From Chiloscyllium plagiosum (lineage: Eukaryota): a stretch of DNA of 47,485 nt. Below, one piece after another: positions 34,735 through 47,485 of this stretch (its first letter is position 1; the number at the start of each line of letters is the position of its first letter). Where the stretch lies: contig NC_057720.1 of assembly GCF_004010195.1 (NCBI RefSeq), positions 20,773,839 through 20,821,323 on the forward strand, written 5' to 3'. Made by a program: the position numbers and the translations under genes. A model generated the notes under the pieces. The model was not told the DNA's origin. It was given only the letters and a program-made list of their open reading frames with translations, and searched no databases.

Positions 34735-35903
34735 TAGACAATAGGGGCAGGAGTAGGCTATTCTGCCCTTCGGGCCTGCACGACCATTCAATATGATCAC
34801 GGCTGATCATCCTTAATCACTATCCTGTTCCTGCCTTATCTCCATAACTCTTGATTCCACAATCCTTGTGAGCTCTATCCAACTCTTTCTTAAATGAATC
34901 CAGAGACTGGGCCTCCACTGCCCTCTGGGGCAGAGCATTCCACACACCCACCACTCTCTGGGTGAAGAAGTTTCTCCTCATCTCTGTCCTAAATGGTCTA
35001 CCCCGTATTTTTAAGCTGTGTCCTCTGGTTCGGCACTCACCCATCAGCGGAAACATGTTTCCTGCTGCCAGAGTGTCCAATCCTTTGATAATCTTATAGG
35101 TCTCAATCATATCCCCTCAGTCTTCTAAACTCAAGGGTATACAAGCCCAGTCACCCCAGTCTTTCAGTGTAAGGTAGTCCCGCCATTTCAGGAATTGACC
35201 TCGTGAACCTACTTATCCACATTAAACTGCATCTGCCATGCATCTGACCACTCACCTAACTTGTCCAGGTCACCCTGTAATCTCCTAACATCCTCCTCAC
35301 ATTTCACCCTGCCACCCAGCTTAGTATCATCAGCAAATTGGCTAATTTCATGACTAGTACCATCTTCTATATCATTAATATATATTGTAAAAAGCTGCGG
35401 TCCCAGTACTGATCCCTGCGGTACCCCACTGGTCACTGCCTGCCATTCTGAAATGGAGCCGTTTATCACTACTCTTTGTTTCCTATCAGCCAATCAACTT
35501 TCAATCCAAGTTAGTACTTTGCCCCCAATACCATGCGCCCTAATTTTGCTGACTAACCTCCTTTGTGGGACTTTATCAAAAGCTTTCTGAAAGTCCAGGT
35601 ACACTACATCTACTGGATCTCCCTCGTCCATCTTCAGAGTTACATCCTCAAAAAATTCCAGAAGATTAGTCAAGCATGATTTCCCCTTCATAAATCCATG
35701 CTGACTCTGACCTATCCTGTTACTACTATCCAGATGTGTCATAATTTCATCCTTTATAATAGACTCCAGCATCTTTCCCACCACTGAGGTCAGACTAACT
35801 GGTCGAAAATTTCCTGTTTTCTCTCTCCCACCTTTCTTAAAAAGTGGTACAACATTAGCCATCCTCCAATCTGCAGGAACTGATCCTGAATCTATCGAAC
35901 TCT
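34735..35903 (-). mobile_element. CR1 LINE RT fragment with an in-frame stop and an internal deletion
   Basis: [44 protein letters not shown] and FADDTKL. Stop at 35494-35496. FNVDK is fused directly to RFTR.. near 35210. Confidence 0.95.
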
Positions 35904-35994
35904 CCTAGTTACTGTCCTAATGAACAAAATGCTACAATCAACTTACACACTTAGTTAGACACAAAATGACGTTTGGTCTTACCGATATAGAAGA

Positions 35995-37820
35995 GACCAC
36001 CGATCTCCATCTCGCTGAATTAGTCCTCACCCTCAATAACTCTTCCCATTTCCTCCAAATCCAGTGAGTGGCCATGGACACTTGCATGGGCCCTAGCTAC
36101 GCCTGCCTCTTTGTTGGCCACATCAATAAGTCCCTCTTGAGTGCAAACACAGGTACTATTCCCTAACTTGTCTGCCGTTACATCGATGACTGCGTCAGGG
36201 GTGCCTCCTGCACCCAGGCTGAACTGCAACAGTTCATCATCATTGCCAAAAACGTCCATCCTGCCCTTAAATTCACTTGGTCTATCTCAGATACCTCAAT
36301 CCTCTTCCTTGACCTCTCAGTTTCCATCTCCTGCGACAATTTATGGACCAACATTTACTACAAACCTATAGACTCCCATAACTACCTGCACTACACCTTC
36401 TCCCACCCCGTATCCTGCAAACACTCCATCCCACTTTCCCAATTCCTCCATCTCAGTCATATCTCCTCTGATGAGGTGACGTTCCACTCCCAAGCATCCA
36501 GATGTTTACTTATTTTAAACAACGTGCTTTCCACACCTTTGTCATCCAGACCGCCCTCCACCATACCTCCTCCAAATTCCCCACTTCACTACTCTAAATC
36601 TTCCCCCCTCCAAACATAATAAAGGCAGGGTTCCCCTAAACATTACTTTAGGGTGGCACAGTGGCTCAGTGATTAGCACTGCTGTCTCACAGCACCAAGG
36701 ACCTGGGTTCGATTCCTGCCTCAGACGACTGTCTGTGTGAAGTTTGCACATTCTCCCAATGCCTGCATGGGTTTCCTCTGGGGACTCTAGTTTCCTTCCA
36801 CAATCCAAAGATTTGCAGGTCAGATGAAGTGTCCGTGATAAATTGCCTGTTGTGTTAGGTGCATTAGTCAGTGATAAATATAGGTTTGGGGAATGGGTCT
36901 GGGTGGGTTACCCTTCAGAGGGTCAGTGTGAACTTGTTGGGCCGAAGGGCCTGTTTCCATAGTGTAGGGAATCTAATCTAATCACTTTCCGCCCCACTAG
37001 CCTCCGCATCCAACACATCATCCTTAAACAAAAGCATCTTCTCCTCCCCACCCAGCTCTGCCTTCCGCAAGGACCATTCCCTTCGCCACTCCTTGCTTTG
37101 CGCCATCCTCCTCACCTATCCTTCCCCTCCCCCAACCGTAAAAGATGCAAAACCTGCCAACACACCACGTCCCTCACCTCCATCCAGGGCCTCAAACAGT
37201 CCTTAAGGTGAGAGAGGTTTACCTGCCTCTCCTCCAACCCAGTTTACTGTACCCAGTGCTCCCAATATGGTCTTCTCTACATCGGGGAGACCAAATGTAA
37301 CCTAAGGGTATGTTTTGCTGAACACCAAAGCTGGGCACGTAAGGGCGAGCCTGACCTCCCAGTCACCATCCATTTCAATTTTCCTTCCCACTCCTTCTCT
37401 GACATGACCATCCTTGGTCTCCTCCATTGCCACAATGAATCAGAGCGCAAGTTGGAGGAACAACACATCTTCTGCCTGGGCAGCCTACAGCCTGGAAGAC
37501 TTAACATTGGGTTCCCCAATTTCACATAACCTTTCCACCTGTTCCCCAGAGTCCCTTTCCAGCCCCACCTCCTTCCCTCCAACCAACCCTTCCCTCCAGC
37601 TACCAACCAGGTCGTACCCACCACATGCATCCACCTATCACTACCTCACCACTCTCCCAACCCAAAACCATTTTGCTCCACCCCTCCCACACCTTTGTCT
37701 GCAGCTCCCCCTACCCTCACCCCTATTCCTTCTCCACCTCCTGATGCTGCCTGGCTTACTGTGTTCTTCCACCCTCCTGCTTGTCCAATTTGAATTCCAT
37801 AATCTGCAGTTTTTTTGGTC
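35995..37820 (+). mobile_element. Penelope-like element remnant (RT, GIY-YIG and 3' terminus), pseudogenised and split by a SINE
   Basis: VAMDTCMGPSYACLFVG, RYIDDC, FLDLSV..YYKPIDSHNYL, KRCKTC, VYCTQCSQYGLLYIGETK and RKLEEQHIFCLGSLQP, with multiple frameshifts. Confidence 0.93.
36650..36984 (+). mobile_element. V-SINE (HE1-like) nested in the PLE
   Basis: A box TGGCTCAGTGA, B box GGTTCGATTCC, V-domain and (aatct)n tail. Confidence 0.92.
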
Positions 37821-40800
37821 TGCAATATGAATTGATTCTATCTGTTTATAAATAACAATTTTTTATCAATTTCAGTACAGGTCAAATCCACAGCCTTTGC
37901 AGTGCAAAAATGCCCTGTGCATGATATGTCTTTCATACGGTGTTCAGAATTTAGCTGGCAGGAAGCAAGTGCCTGCCTAGGGAAGCACGACTATTGTGTT
38001 GAGCACTGGGGGGTGGGGGGGAGGGGGGGAAACGTATCTGGAGGGCATCCAGATCATAACACAGCCCTTCAGCTTTAAATAGCTGCATTGAGGTTTCCCC
38101 AATGTAAACCATTTTAGCCAACAAATTTGATCCAAACTGCCTTATCTTTTTTTTAAATGGCATATAATATGGAAACTGATACCAATTATAGTGGATGTAA
38201 TAATTCCTCCAAAAACATCACTTAAGCAAGGATGTTATCTTCACAAGATAGGTTTGAAGATGGACTTTGGCTTACTTGATTAACATCTTCCAAAACACGG
38301 CCATTTCATACAATCCATTTCAGCTGCTGATCCCACTGTGCATAAAGCAATGCCTCTTTCTGCATTTGGAGCATACCTTTCACAACACTGATTATTGTGC
38401 TGTGCTACTGAGACATGTATTGCAACTGTATCCTGGGTTGACTTTCTGTCTGCCATTAATTATGTTATAACCTTCTGTAAGAGTCACCTCTTCTCAGATT
38501 GAAGACTCTTATGCTGTTCATCTTTGCATGCTTCTGGTACCTTGCCCAAGTTACATTCTTCACACATGAGCTCATTGAAAGCAGTTTGTGCTCATTGTGA
38601 GGCTGAAATATTTATACAGATCATTTTCAACAAGTAAAGTCAAATATCTTAAAGAACTAATTTTGAATTAGGATCTTTAAAACAAAAATGAAGAGAATGA
38701 TTTATATGAAACAATACAGAACTGAAACACTCCTGGTAAATGCTTAACTGTATCAAAAGTAATGCCTTCAAATGAGCCTCATGATGAAATGTTGTAAATC
38801 ATCACTTGCTCCCATCTCTTGGAGGCTATCAATTCTACATGAGTGAAGAGGTACATCACCAAATCCAATGTGTTAGTTCAGCCTATGATAAATTATATCC
38901 TTGAGTTTCAGAATTGTTATATCAGACCCAACACTAAACTCAAAAGTCTATTGGGCAACTGTTCTCCCCATGCTTCTTCACTGTAAAACTTGAATAACGT
39001 GGAGATGCCATTTCAAGACCCTAGGATATCAATATCAATGGTTATCTTAGAAGAATCATGTGGGAAGCCACCAGAACAAACATAAGTGTCCTTACGTTAA
39101 GTATAGAGATTATGATAACCTCATATTAGTGGAGAGGAACAGGACATATCGGTAGAATGCCCAACCGAATGAAATGCTCTCCTCAGAGTTGAGCCAGAGA
39201 TCTATCTCACATGGAAGGCCAAAGGAAATATTCCAAAGCCGCTATGGAGAACTGCTCTGTTGTCAATGCAAATGGGAAACCCACACCCAAATGCAAGCAA
39301 AATGCCAATTTCATAATCAAAAATAGTGTCATGATCTTCCAATCAATAGAACAGTCACAGAGAGGGAACAGTGAGAAAAATGGAGGGGAGGGGGTGGTTG
39401 GGTTGGTTCTTAAAATTGTTGGTAGCTGGTCAAGCCAACAATCCACCATCACTTCTAAGGATGGCCGATCTCGTCATAGTGGAAGAGCCTGTTCAACCAG
39501 GATAGGCCCATAAACCAATTACAAAACCATGGCCAAGTGACATCTCATTCCCATCCACAGAAGAAATTACCCTCAACATGAGGATCTGCCAACAGAATGG
39601 GACAAAGATTGAAGGCTAAAATATTCATTAGTAATTCCTCTCAGAAGTACTCCCTCAATAAGGGGGAAAATATATCATCAGCAAATTTATTTCCAAATGA
39701 AGCATGTCTAGTGGAGGCCCACCCTTCCTAAATCCTTGATCTGCTCTGGTGACTATAACAGCAGCTTGGCTGACTTAAAGGGAACAGAAGTTTCAGATGG
39801 TCTAGCAGCCACTTCAAAGAATTTCAGGGGTGACAAGGTTTCACTTCATATTTTTGGGCAGATTTGGGCCACTTTCTGAACCAAACCAATTCATACTGGC
39901 TTTGGAGCCAAGGATATCCAGTATTGCAGTAAATTTTGCCAGTACTTTTCCCATCACAAATTGCAGAAGTTAGTTATTCAGAAAGTAGTTGACATTCCTT
40001 GTTCAAATTCAGCATCATAATATTTTGGAAGAGGAAGACCATTATCTTTGTCCAATGCTGCAGAATGTGGATATATACATTCACATTAAAACTACTTCTA
40101 TTAATACATTGGTAATTACAGTACATTGACATCTAAGTATTACCACCAATGGAAATTTGATAAGATTGTTTTTTTAACCTATGTACAAACTTAACTACTA
40201 CCCTTTTGCAAATTGCCGTTTAACACTGACCTACCTAAAGATCTTTATTGAAACTTCTATAAGGACTTTTGAAAAATCCATTCTGAAATGTAACTGGAAC
40301 ATTCTTGAAAGATGCAGGTCTTTTGTAGTCTTTAATCTTTAGCTTATATTTAAATTTCACTGCAATTATTCAGCCACATCTTCTGTAAATTACTCCTCAT
40401 CTTACACACTCATTGCAATTAAAGGAAATTGCAGAAAGCATAAGTCACCCCTCCCCAACTTCCTGGCTCAACTTTCTGCTTGATTGACTGTGGAGATTTT
40501 CAGCAAAATATTTCCATCATTCAAAGACACGCACAGTTTTAGTCAGATAGGTGATTCTTTGAAATTAATTTCAAACCTTTTCAAATGTTTATTTTGCAAA
40601 CACTACATCCCTCTTATAGATTGTTATAATAATGTAATGGATTTAGCTGCCACGGTCACTCTTGGTAAATTGTTATACTTTGATTGCCAAAATAACTGCA
40701 TGCATAAATTTACTTTCTATGTCCAAGCATTATTCTGAACAAAAACAAAACACTCTTTGAAACTCAGTCTTATTTTTAAAAAATGATAATCTTAACAATC

Positions 40801-41044
40801 ATCACAAAACACCAAAATCTTCTAGTTCCACGTCCCACCTTCACCGTGCAAATAATCTGCTGGTGAAACAATCTTTAATGCCTTTTCTGTCCCTAAAATT
40901 ACCAGTAAATGATCCAATGCTTTCCTTGGCAGTGTCCAATCTTGTAGCCTCCATAAACCTGAGCTCATACAAAACTCTGAGCCATATTGGGATTCCTGGT
41001 CCATGAATCACAAAAAAAGCTGGCATCCCAAGTTCAGCGGATAA

Positions 41045-41602
41045 TAGTAAAAGCAAATGGAATGTTGGCCTTTACCTCAAAAAAGAATGGAATCTAAAAG
41101 TAAGGAGTTTTGCTAAAACTGTACAATGCAACACAACTGAAATACAATTTGGGTCCCTTGTCAAAGGAAAGATATATTAACATAAAAGGCAGATCAGTGG
41201 AGATTCACCAGCTTGACACCGTTATGGAGGGACTGTCTGATGGGGACTGCTTCCATAAGTTGGGCCTGAACTGGTTGGAGATGACCTTATTACAATGTAC
41301 AAGATTCTTAGGTTACTTGGCAGGGCAGTTGAGGAGTCTACCCTAGTAGGAGAGTCAAGGAACCAATGGGTGTAACCTCAGAATTAGGGGCCGCACATTT
41401 AAGACAAAATTGAGGAGGAATTTCTTTTCTCAGCAGGTAGTTAATCTATGGAATTATTTACCGCAGAGAGCTATTGAGGTTGGATTGCTAAGTATATTCA
41501 AATGAATCATGAGAAAAGGAAAGGCAGCAAAGTAGAGTTGAGTAGAATAGTGGACACAATTGGCTTAATGGACTATATCTGCTCCTCCATCTTATGGTCT
41601 TA
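41045..41602 (+). mobile_element. Degenerate CR1 3' fragment
   Basis: aaagcaaatggaatgttggcc (KANGMLA), gaggaggaatttcttttctcag and tail ctgctcct..tcttatggtctt. Confidence 0.75.
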
Positions 41603-43244
41603 AGCGCCAACCAGTTTATCCATTACCTTGATGTTCACTGACCTCATTGGCTCTGGTTCATGAAAATCTTAAATTTTAAAATTCTCATTCTGGTGTTCAA
41701 AAGTGTCATAGTCTTACTCATCTAGCTCTGTGACCTGCTGCAGGCCTACATTCCTTCAACAGCTCCAATTACGCTATCTTCATCCTATTATTTGTGGCCA
41801 TGCCTACAGCCATCATTACATGTTTTTAAGTCTCATAGACCAGCAGAACTATCATTAGAAAGCAGTGTTTCCACTGGTTTGTCATTTAGCAACACATTAG
41901 TAGTTAAAAGTCCCTCTGAAAACATTTTGTTCAGTTACTATGATTACTTGATGTGGCGTAGTACTTTCAAGGGGCTCAGTGATACATGACCTCCACTCAC
42001 TTTTTAAAATAAAGCTATTGTTGTTACAATCTATGGCAAACCATTTGATAACACACCACAGATCCTCCTGAATGTGGACCTCTGGAGCTAAACTACCTAA
42101 CAATCACAGAAACCAAAAGTTATTGGGTGGAAGCATTTCCTTATTTGACTTCATAAAAAGTAATACAGATTCAGTTATGGAAAACTGAATTGAAAGCTCT
42201 GGCCCCGTAGAATCAGATGGGCGAGCAGATTGTACTTTCATGTACTGGGAATAGTTACAAATTAACATGCTTGGCTCTGGCCAAACTTTGATGCAATACA
42301 AAATGCAACATTCATATCTCCAAAGCCAAGTCTACATCCTTTAGCAGATAATGCTGAAGTGGGTTGTTTTATTTAGATGCAGTGGTTAGTAGCTCAGTGA
42401 AACGCTGCTTCAACAGATGCAATTTGGTTTGCACGAACAAGTTAAAGGAAGAGATTTTCATGGATCATCTAGTGAAAAATGAAGCAGTGTCACGGGAGAC
42501 TGAAGTAGTCAGGGGATGCGTCCTGGAATAAGAGAAACTACCAAATCCTTTGGTACAGTGTATGACCTGCCAATTACTACAGAGCAAACACAGACATTAA
42601 TGCACTTACCACACTAAGTTTTTATAAAATTTAATGGGGAACCTGTCTGTCACTGATTCATAAACAGCTCTAGAAGTGGCAATGCCAAATTCTTGAAGGA
42701 CAGATAAAGAGTTGAACTGAACTTGCCCTTTTAATTAACAAGGCAGGACTGTAATTCTGTGTAAAACAAGCAAAGGCTTGGCTGAACTATCACTGCACTT
42801 AGGATAGTGTCCTTGGTATCTAAACAATTTAGACAAAGCATTCATTTTGTTGTTTCCATAAAGGATATCCCCCTTTATTTGTGTTAATTATAAACTGAGG
42901 CTGTGTTTCAATAAATCTGCTATTTCGTGATTAATCTGTTTACTCAGCAAGAACAAGAAATCAAGGCTGTTGTAGAAATAGGTGCAATCTGAGCTCTGCC
43001 AAATTATGACCCACCCATTTGATTCAGACTCAAATCAATTTAAATTAAGAATAAGGATTGAGAGAAGTGTCTGTATGGACAGAAAAGGCATTGCAAGGTA
43101 TACACGAGGGAAGCTACATAGATAAACAAGGAAATAGTACAGGTTAGCACTACAAGTAATAGTGATCAGAATGTGAAAGGAAGAGACAAGCCACATAAGC
43201 AAAGAATGCACCCCAGCAAATTTGGTCAGGGCAGGGACGAATGT

Positions 43245-44697
43245 CTCTAAGGAGAGCCAGTGGACATAATCTATTTAGATTTCCAAAGGGCTATAACAAG
43301 GTGCCACACAGGAGGTTGTTCAATAAAATAAGAGGGGCAAGATATTGTCATAGACAGAGGATTGGTTGACTGGCAGAAGGCAGAGAGTAGGGATATAGGG
43401 GTCTTTTCCACACGGGTCAGTTTTGGGACCACAACCATTCATGTTATACATTAACAATCTGGATGAAGGAACTGAGGGCACTGTTGCTAAGTTTTCAGAA
43501 GACACAAAGATAGGTAGAAGAACAGGTAGTGTTGGCAAAGTTAGGAGGCTGCAGAAGGATTTGGACAGGCTAGGAGAGCAGGCAAAGAGATGGAATACAA
43601 TGTGGGAAAGTGAGTGGTTATGTAGATTAGATTAGATTCCCTACAGTGTGGAAACAGGCCCATCGGCCCAACAAATCCACACCGACCCGCTGAAGAGTAA
43701 CCTATCCAGATCCATTTCCTCCTGACTAATGCACCTAACACTGTGGGAAATTTAGCATGGCCAATTCACGTGACTTGCAAATCTTTGGACAAGTCTGGGA
43801 GGAATCCAGAGCACCCGGAGGAAACCCAGGGAAACACAGGGAGAATGTGCAAACTCCACACAGACAGTCGCCCGAGGCTGGAATTGAACCTGGGTCCCTG
43901 ACATTGTGAGGCAACAGTGCTAACCACTGAGCCACCGTGCTGCTGTGAAACTTATAGCACTTTAATAGAAATAATAAGCTACTTTCTAAATGGGAAAAGC
44001 TTTGGAAATCTGAAGCACTTGGGAGTCCTAGTTAACATTCAAGTTCAGTTGGTTGTTAGGAAGGCAAATGCAATGTTAGCATTCACTTTGAGAGGTCTAG
44101 ACGATAAAAGCAGGGATGTGCCACTGAGGCTGTACAAGGTTCTGGTCAGACTACACTTGAAATATCGTGAGTAGTTTTGGGTCTCTTATCTGAGGAAGGG
44201 CATGCTGGCCTTGGACCGGATCCAGTGGAAGTTTACAAGCGTGATCCCGGGAATGAATGGCTTGTCAAATGAGTCGTCGTTGAAGGCTTTGGGTCTGTAC
44301 TCAATGGAGTTTAAGAAGATGAGGGGAGGACCTTACTGAAACTTATAGAATACTGAAAGGCCTAGATAGGGTGGACGTGGAGATGATGTTTAGTAGGAAA
44401 AAGGAAGGGCACAGCCTCAGAGTTCTAAAGGGTTGTCCCTTCACTGAGATGAAGAAGAATTTCTTCAGGTAGAGGGTGGCTAATCTGTGGAACTCATTAC
44501 CATAAGAGGTTATGGAGGCAAAGCCATTGAGTGTATTTAAGAGAGAGATCCATAAGGTTCTTGATCAGTAAGGGAGTCAAGAGTTTATGGGGAAAAGGCA
44601 GGAGAATGGGTTGGAGGAACACATCAGCCATGACTGAATGGCACAACAGACCCGCTGGGCCGAGTGGCCTAATTCTGTTCCTGTATATTACAGTCTT
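43245..44697 (+). mobile_element. Degenerate CR1 RT-to-3' fragment interrupted by a SINE
   Basis: IYLDFQRA..KVPH, LGPQPFMLYINNLD..KFSEDTKIG and VRKANAMLAF..LYKVLVRLHL. Confidence 0.88.
43624..43943 (-). mobile_element. V-SINE (HE1-like) nested in CR1
   Basis: Reverse-complement A and B boxes, V-domain and (attag)n tail. Confidence 0.92.
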
Positions 44698-44871
44698 AAA
44701 CTAACAGAGGGGGAGGAAGAGTTTGGTGAAAATAAGACTAATTTACTATGTGAAGAAAGTGCATCTGCAATAAGATAAATGAATCTGTGACACAGAAATA
44801 AATGGTTTAGATTGAATCATAATCACAGGAGATGGTTACAATGTGACTAAGATTGGTAACTAAATATTCCA

Positions 44872-45213
44872 GGGTATGCATGGTGGCTCAGTGGTTAGCA
44901 CTGCTGCCTCACAGCACCTGGGACCTGGGTTCAATTCCAGCCTCGGGCGACTGTCTATGTGGAGTTTGTACGTTCTCCCAGTGTCTGCATGGGTTTCCTC
45001 CAGGTGCTCTGGTTTCCTCCCACAGTCCAAAGATGAGCAGGTTAGGTTAATTGACTGTGCTAAGTTGCCCATCGTGTTCAGAGATGTGTAGGTTAGGTGC
45101 ATTAGTCAGGAATAAATATAGGGTAGGGGAATAGGTCTGGGTGAGTTATTCTTCAGAGACTTAGTCTGGATTTGTTGGGCCGAATGGCCTGTCTCTGTAC
45201 TGTAGGGATTCTC
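44872..45213 (+). mobile_element. V-SINE (HE1-like)
   Basis: A box TGGCTCAGTGG, B box GGTTCAATTCC, V-domain and CR1-like tail. Confidence 0.92.
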
Positions 45214-45679
45214 TTTCAAAAAGATGGGCAGAATGGAGAAGTAGTAAAGATAATCTCAGAGAATAGGTAGTCTTTCAAGATCTCTTAGGGGTCATTTAAA
45301 AAAAAAATCAGGGGTGTTTTTAAAACAGATTAGACAATAGCATCTCTTTTTGAGGGTCGTGTTGTTGAAATTCTTCCTGAAAAGGTGGTGGAAGCAGAAA
45401 TATTTTTCAGACTGAGATAAATAAATTCTTCTTAAGCAGGGGGTGAAAGGTTATGAGGGATAGGCAGGAATTTGAGGTCACAATCAGATCAGCCACAATC
45501 TTATTGAATGGCAGAGTTAGCTCGCTAATGGAATGACCTATACCTGCCCTTTTTCACATGTTTGTACGTAACTACAGCCCAGTTAATGACATTAGCCAAC
45601 AGGAATATGCTAGAATCTATTGTTAAATCCTAACAACACATTTAAGTATAGTATGGTTAGAACAAGTCAACATTGTTTT

Positions 45680-46550
45680 AAGAAGTAGAAATCCTGTTAG
45701 ACAGTTTGATTTTTCTGATGATGTAACTAGTAGGTTAGTAAAAGAGGAAGCTGTACAAGCTAGGTTTATAGATAGGCTAAAGACCTGGTGGAGAGACAGC
45801 AGATAGAATTTAATCTGGACAAAACGCGAGGTGATGAGTTTTGGAAGGTCTAATGCAGAAGTGAAATATACAGTAAATTGCAGAATTCTTAGAAGCATTA
45901 AATAAAAGAGGATCTAATTGTACAGGTCCACAGTTCCCCAAAAATGGCAACATAAGTGGATAAGGTGGTCAAGAAAATATACGGCAAGCTTGCCTTCATT
46001 GGTCAGGGCATGAAGTGTAAAAACTGGCAAGTTATGTTGCAGCTGTACAGTACTATAGTAAGGCTTCATTTGAAATACTGTATACAATCCTGGTTACCAC
46101 TCTACCAGAGGGATGGGGAGACTTTGGTGAGGATACAGAACTGATTTATCAGGACATTTCCTAGTTTCGAGGGTATTAGCTCTGAGGACAGATTGGAAAA
46201 ACTTGGTTTGTTTTCACTTGACCATCAGAGGCTGGGGGGCAACCTGATAGAAGCTTACAAAATTATGTGAGACATGAATAGAATGGAAAAGCAGAGTCTT
46301 TACCCAGGGTAGCAATGTCAATTACTAGGGACATTGGTTTAAGGTAAAAAGGTAAAGTTTAAAAGGAGAATACACAAGGGTGTTTAAACAAAGGGGTGGC
46401 AGATACTTAAGAGGCATCTTGACAGATACATGAATAGGCAGGGTATACAGTGATACAGACTGCATAGAGGCACAAGGTTTTTAGTTTCGAAAGGTGTCAT
46501 GTGTCAGGCTGCAGTCTTGGTGGGCTGAAGGACCTGTTCCTGTTTTGTAT
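45680..46550 (+). mobile_element. Degenerate CR1 fragment
   Basis: DKVVKKIYGKLAFI..VMLQLYSTIVRLHLKYC and tail gggctgaaggacctgttcctg. Confidence 0.8.
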
Positions 46551-46792
46551 ATCTGCTGGAGTTTAAAAGAATGATAGGCAATTTGATTGAGACAAGTGAT
46601 GTAAGTGGAAACTTCCTTTTAACATCCTGGAGAATCAAAAAAATCAGGGTTAATGTTTACAAATTAAGGGATCACCAATTTAATACTGAGATTGAGTGAA
46701 ATGTTCCATCAGATCATAAGTAATTCTCTTCATGAAAAGTTGGTGGATTTTCTTTAAAGGCAGAATGGACAGATTCTTGCGAAGTAGCCTCA

Positions 46793-46900
46793 TCGAGATG
46801 TACAGCATGGAAACAGACACTCTTGTCCAACTCATCCATGCTGACCAGATATCCCAAATTAATCTTGTCCCATTTGCCAGCATTTGGCCCAATTCTCCCT
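46793..46900 (-). mobile_element. CR1 3' UTR fragment
   Basis: gagatgtacagcatggaaacagac..tcccatttgccagca is similar to 14147-14235. Confidence 0.8.
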
Positions 46901-47129
46901 AACATAAAGAGTTCTCAGTGTACGTGGAAATGTTGATTTGACTTTACAATCAGATCAGGCACGTTCCTATTGAATGGCACAGCAGGCTTGAGAAACCAAA
47001 TGGCCTACTCCTTGTTTGTAAATTTGGGAATTCCAAAAGGAATTCAATAAGGTGCCAATTCAAGTTCTGGAAGTCATTACCACACACAGACCTTGGAGGC
47101 CCGTGCAGCTGTAAAGAAAATTAGTGGGA

Positions 47130-47485
47130 ATGCTGAGTAAATCGAAGCATTAGACATAAGATGGATGAGCTTGAGGCTCTTTTGGAAATTGGCAGATACG
47201 ATATTGTGGGGATAACTGAGACGTGGCTTCAAGTGGACAGGGGCTGGGAAATGAATATTCAAGGATACACGTGCTATCATAAGGACAGACTGACGGGCAG
47301 AGGGGGTAGGGTGCCTTGTTGGTAAGGGACGATATTCAGTCCCTTGCGCGGGGGGACCTAGAGTCAGGGGATGTAGAGTCAGTGTGGATAGAGCTGAGAA
47401 ATACTAAGGGTAAAAAGACCCTCTTGGGAGTCATCTACAGGCCCCCAAACAGTAGTCTGGATGTCGGATGTAAGTTAAATCAGGA
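47130..47485 (+). mobile_element. CR1 ORF2 endonuclease N-terminal region, running off the window
   Basis: SIRHKMDELEALLEIGRYDIVGITETWL..GRGG..ESVWIELRN..GVIYRPPNS. Confidence 0.9.

Noticed and set aside
35995..37820. Possible active or domesticated RT/GIY-YIG gene
   Set aside because: Multiple stops and frameshifts, a SINE insertion and a deleted terminal region mark it as a dead PLE copy.
39600..39720. Minus-strand KFADDIF, like an RT catalytic motif
   Set aside because: No other RT motifs are recognisable at the right spacing. It may be an old LINE remnant but I cannot support that.

Overview
Eukaryotic, repeat-rich genomic DNA, most likely from a cartilaginous fish. The taxon is inferred from HE1/V-type SINEs, shark-type CR1 LINEs and abundant Penelope-like elements (PLEs). 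Only two host coding exons are supportable, both on the minus strand: the first coding exon of calponin-3 (CNN3; 11695-11751, MAHFNRGPAYGLTAEVRNK + GT donor) in a CpG island, and the last coding exon of ALG14 (32114-32344, AG acceptor, TGA stop, AATAAA about 77 nt downstream). This matches the ALG14-to-CNN3 order I recall for human. The rest is CNN3 intron 1, intergenic DNA and the last ALG14 intron, filled with CR1/L2 LINE fragments, tRNA-derived V-SINEs and PLEs, plus a 981-nt assembly gap. The most interesting signal is a set of short PLE-terminus insertions from three clear families and a possible fourth. They carry minimal type I hammerhead-ribozyme cores (CUGANGA-stem II-GAAA-palindromic mini stem III), often as fold-back structures with 12-16 bp target-site duplications (TSDs). 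One is a 743-bp palindromic PLE in CNN3 intron 1 in which an 18-bp micro-inversion hits the ribozyme core of one arm. Hammerheads in PLEs are known in general, so novelty of these families is unverified. Most ORFs in the supplied track are repeat remnants or chance ORFs. All calls are by eye and element boundaries are approximate unless TSDs are quoted.
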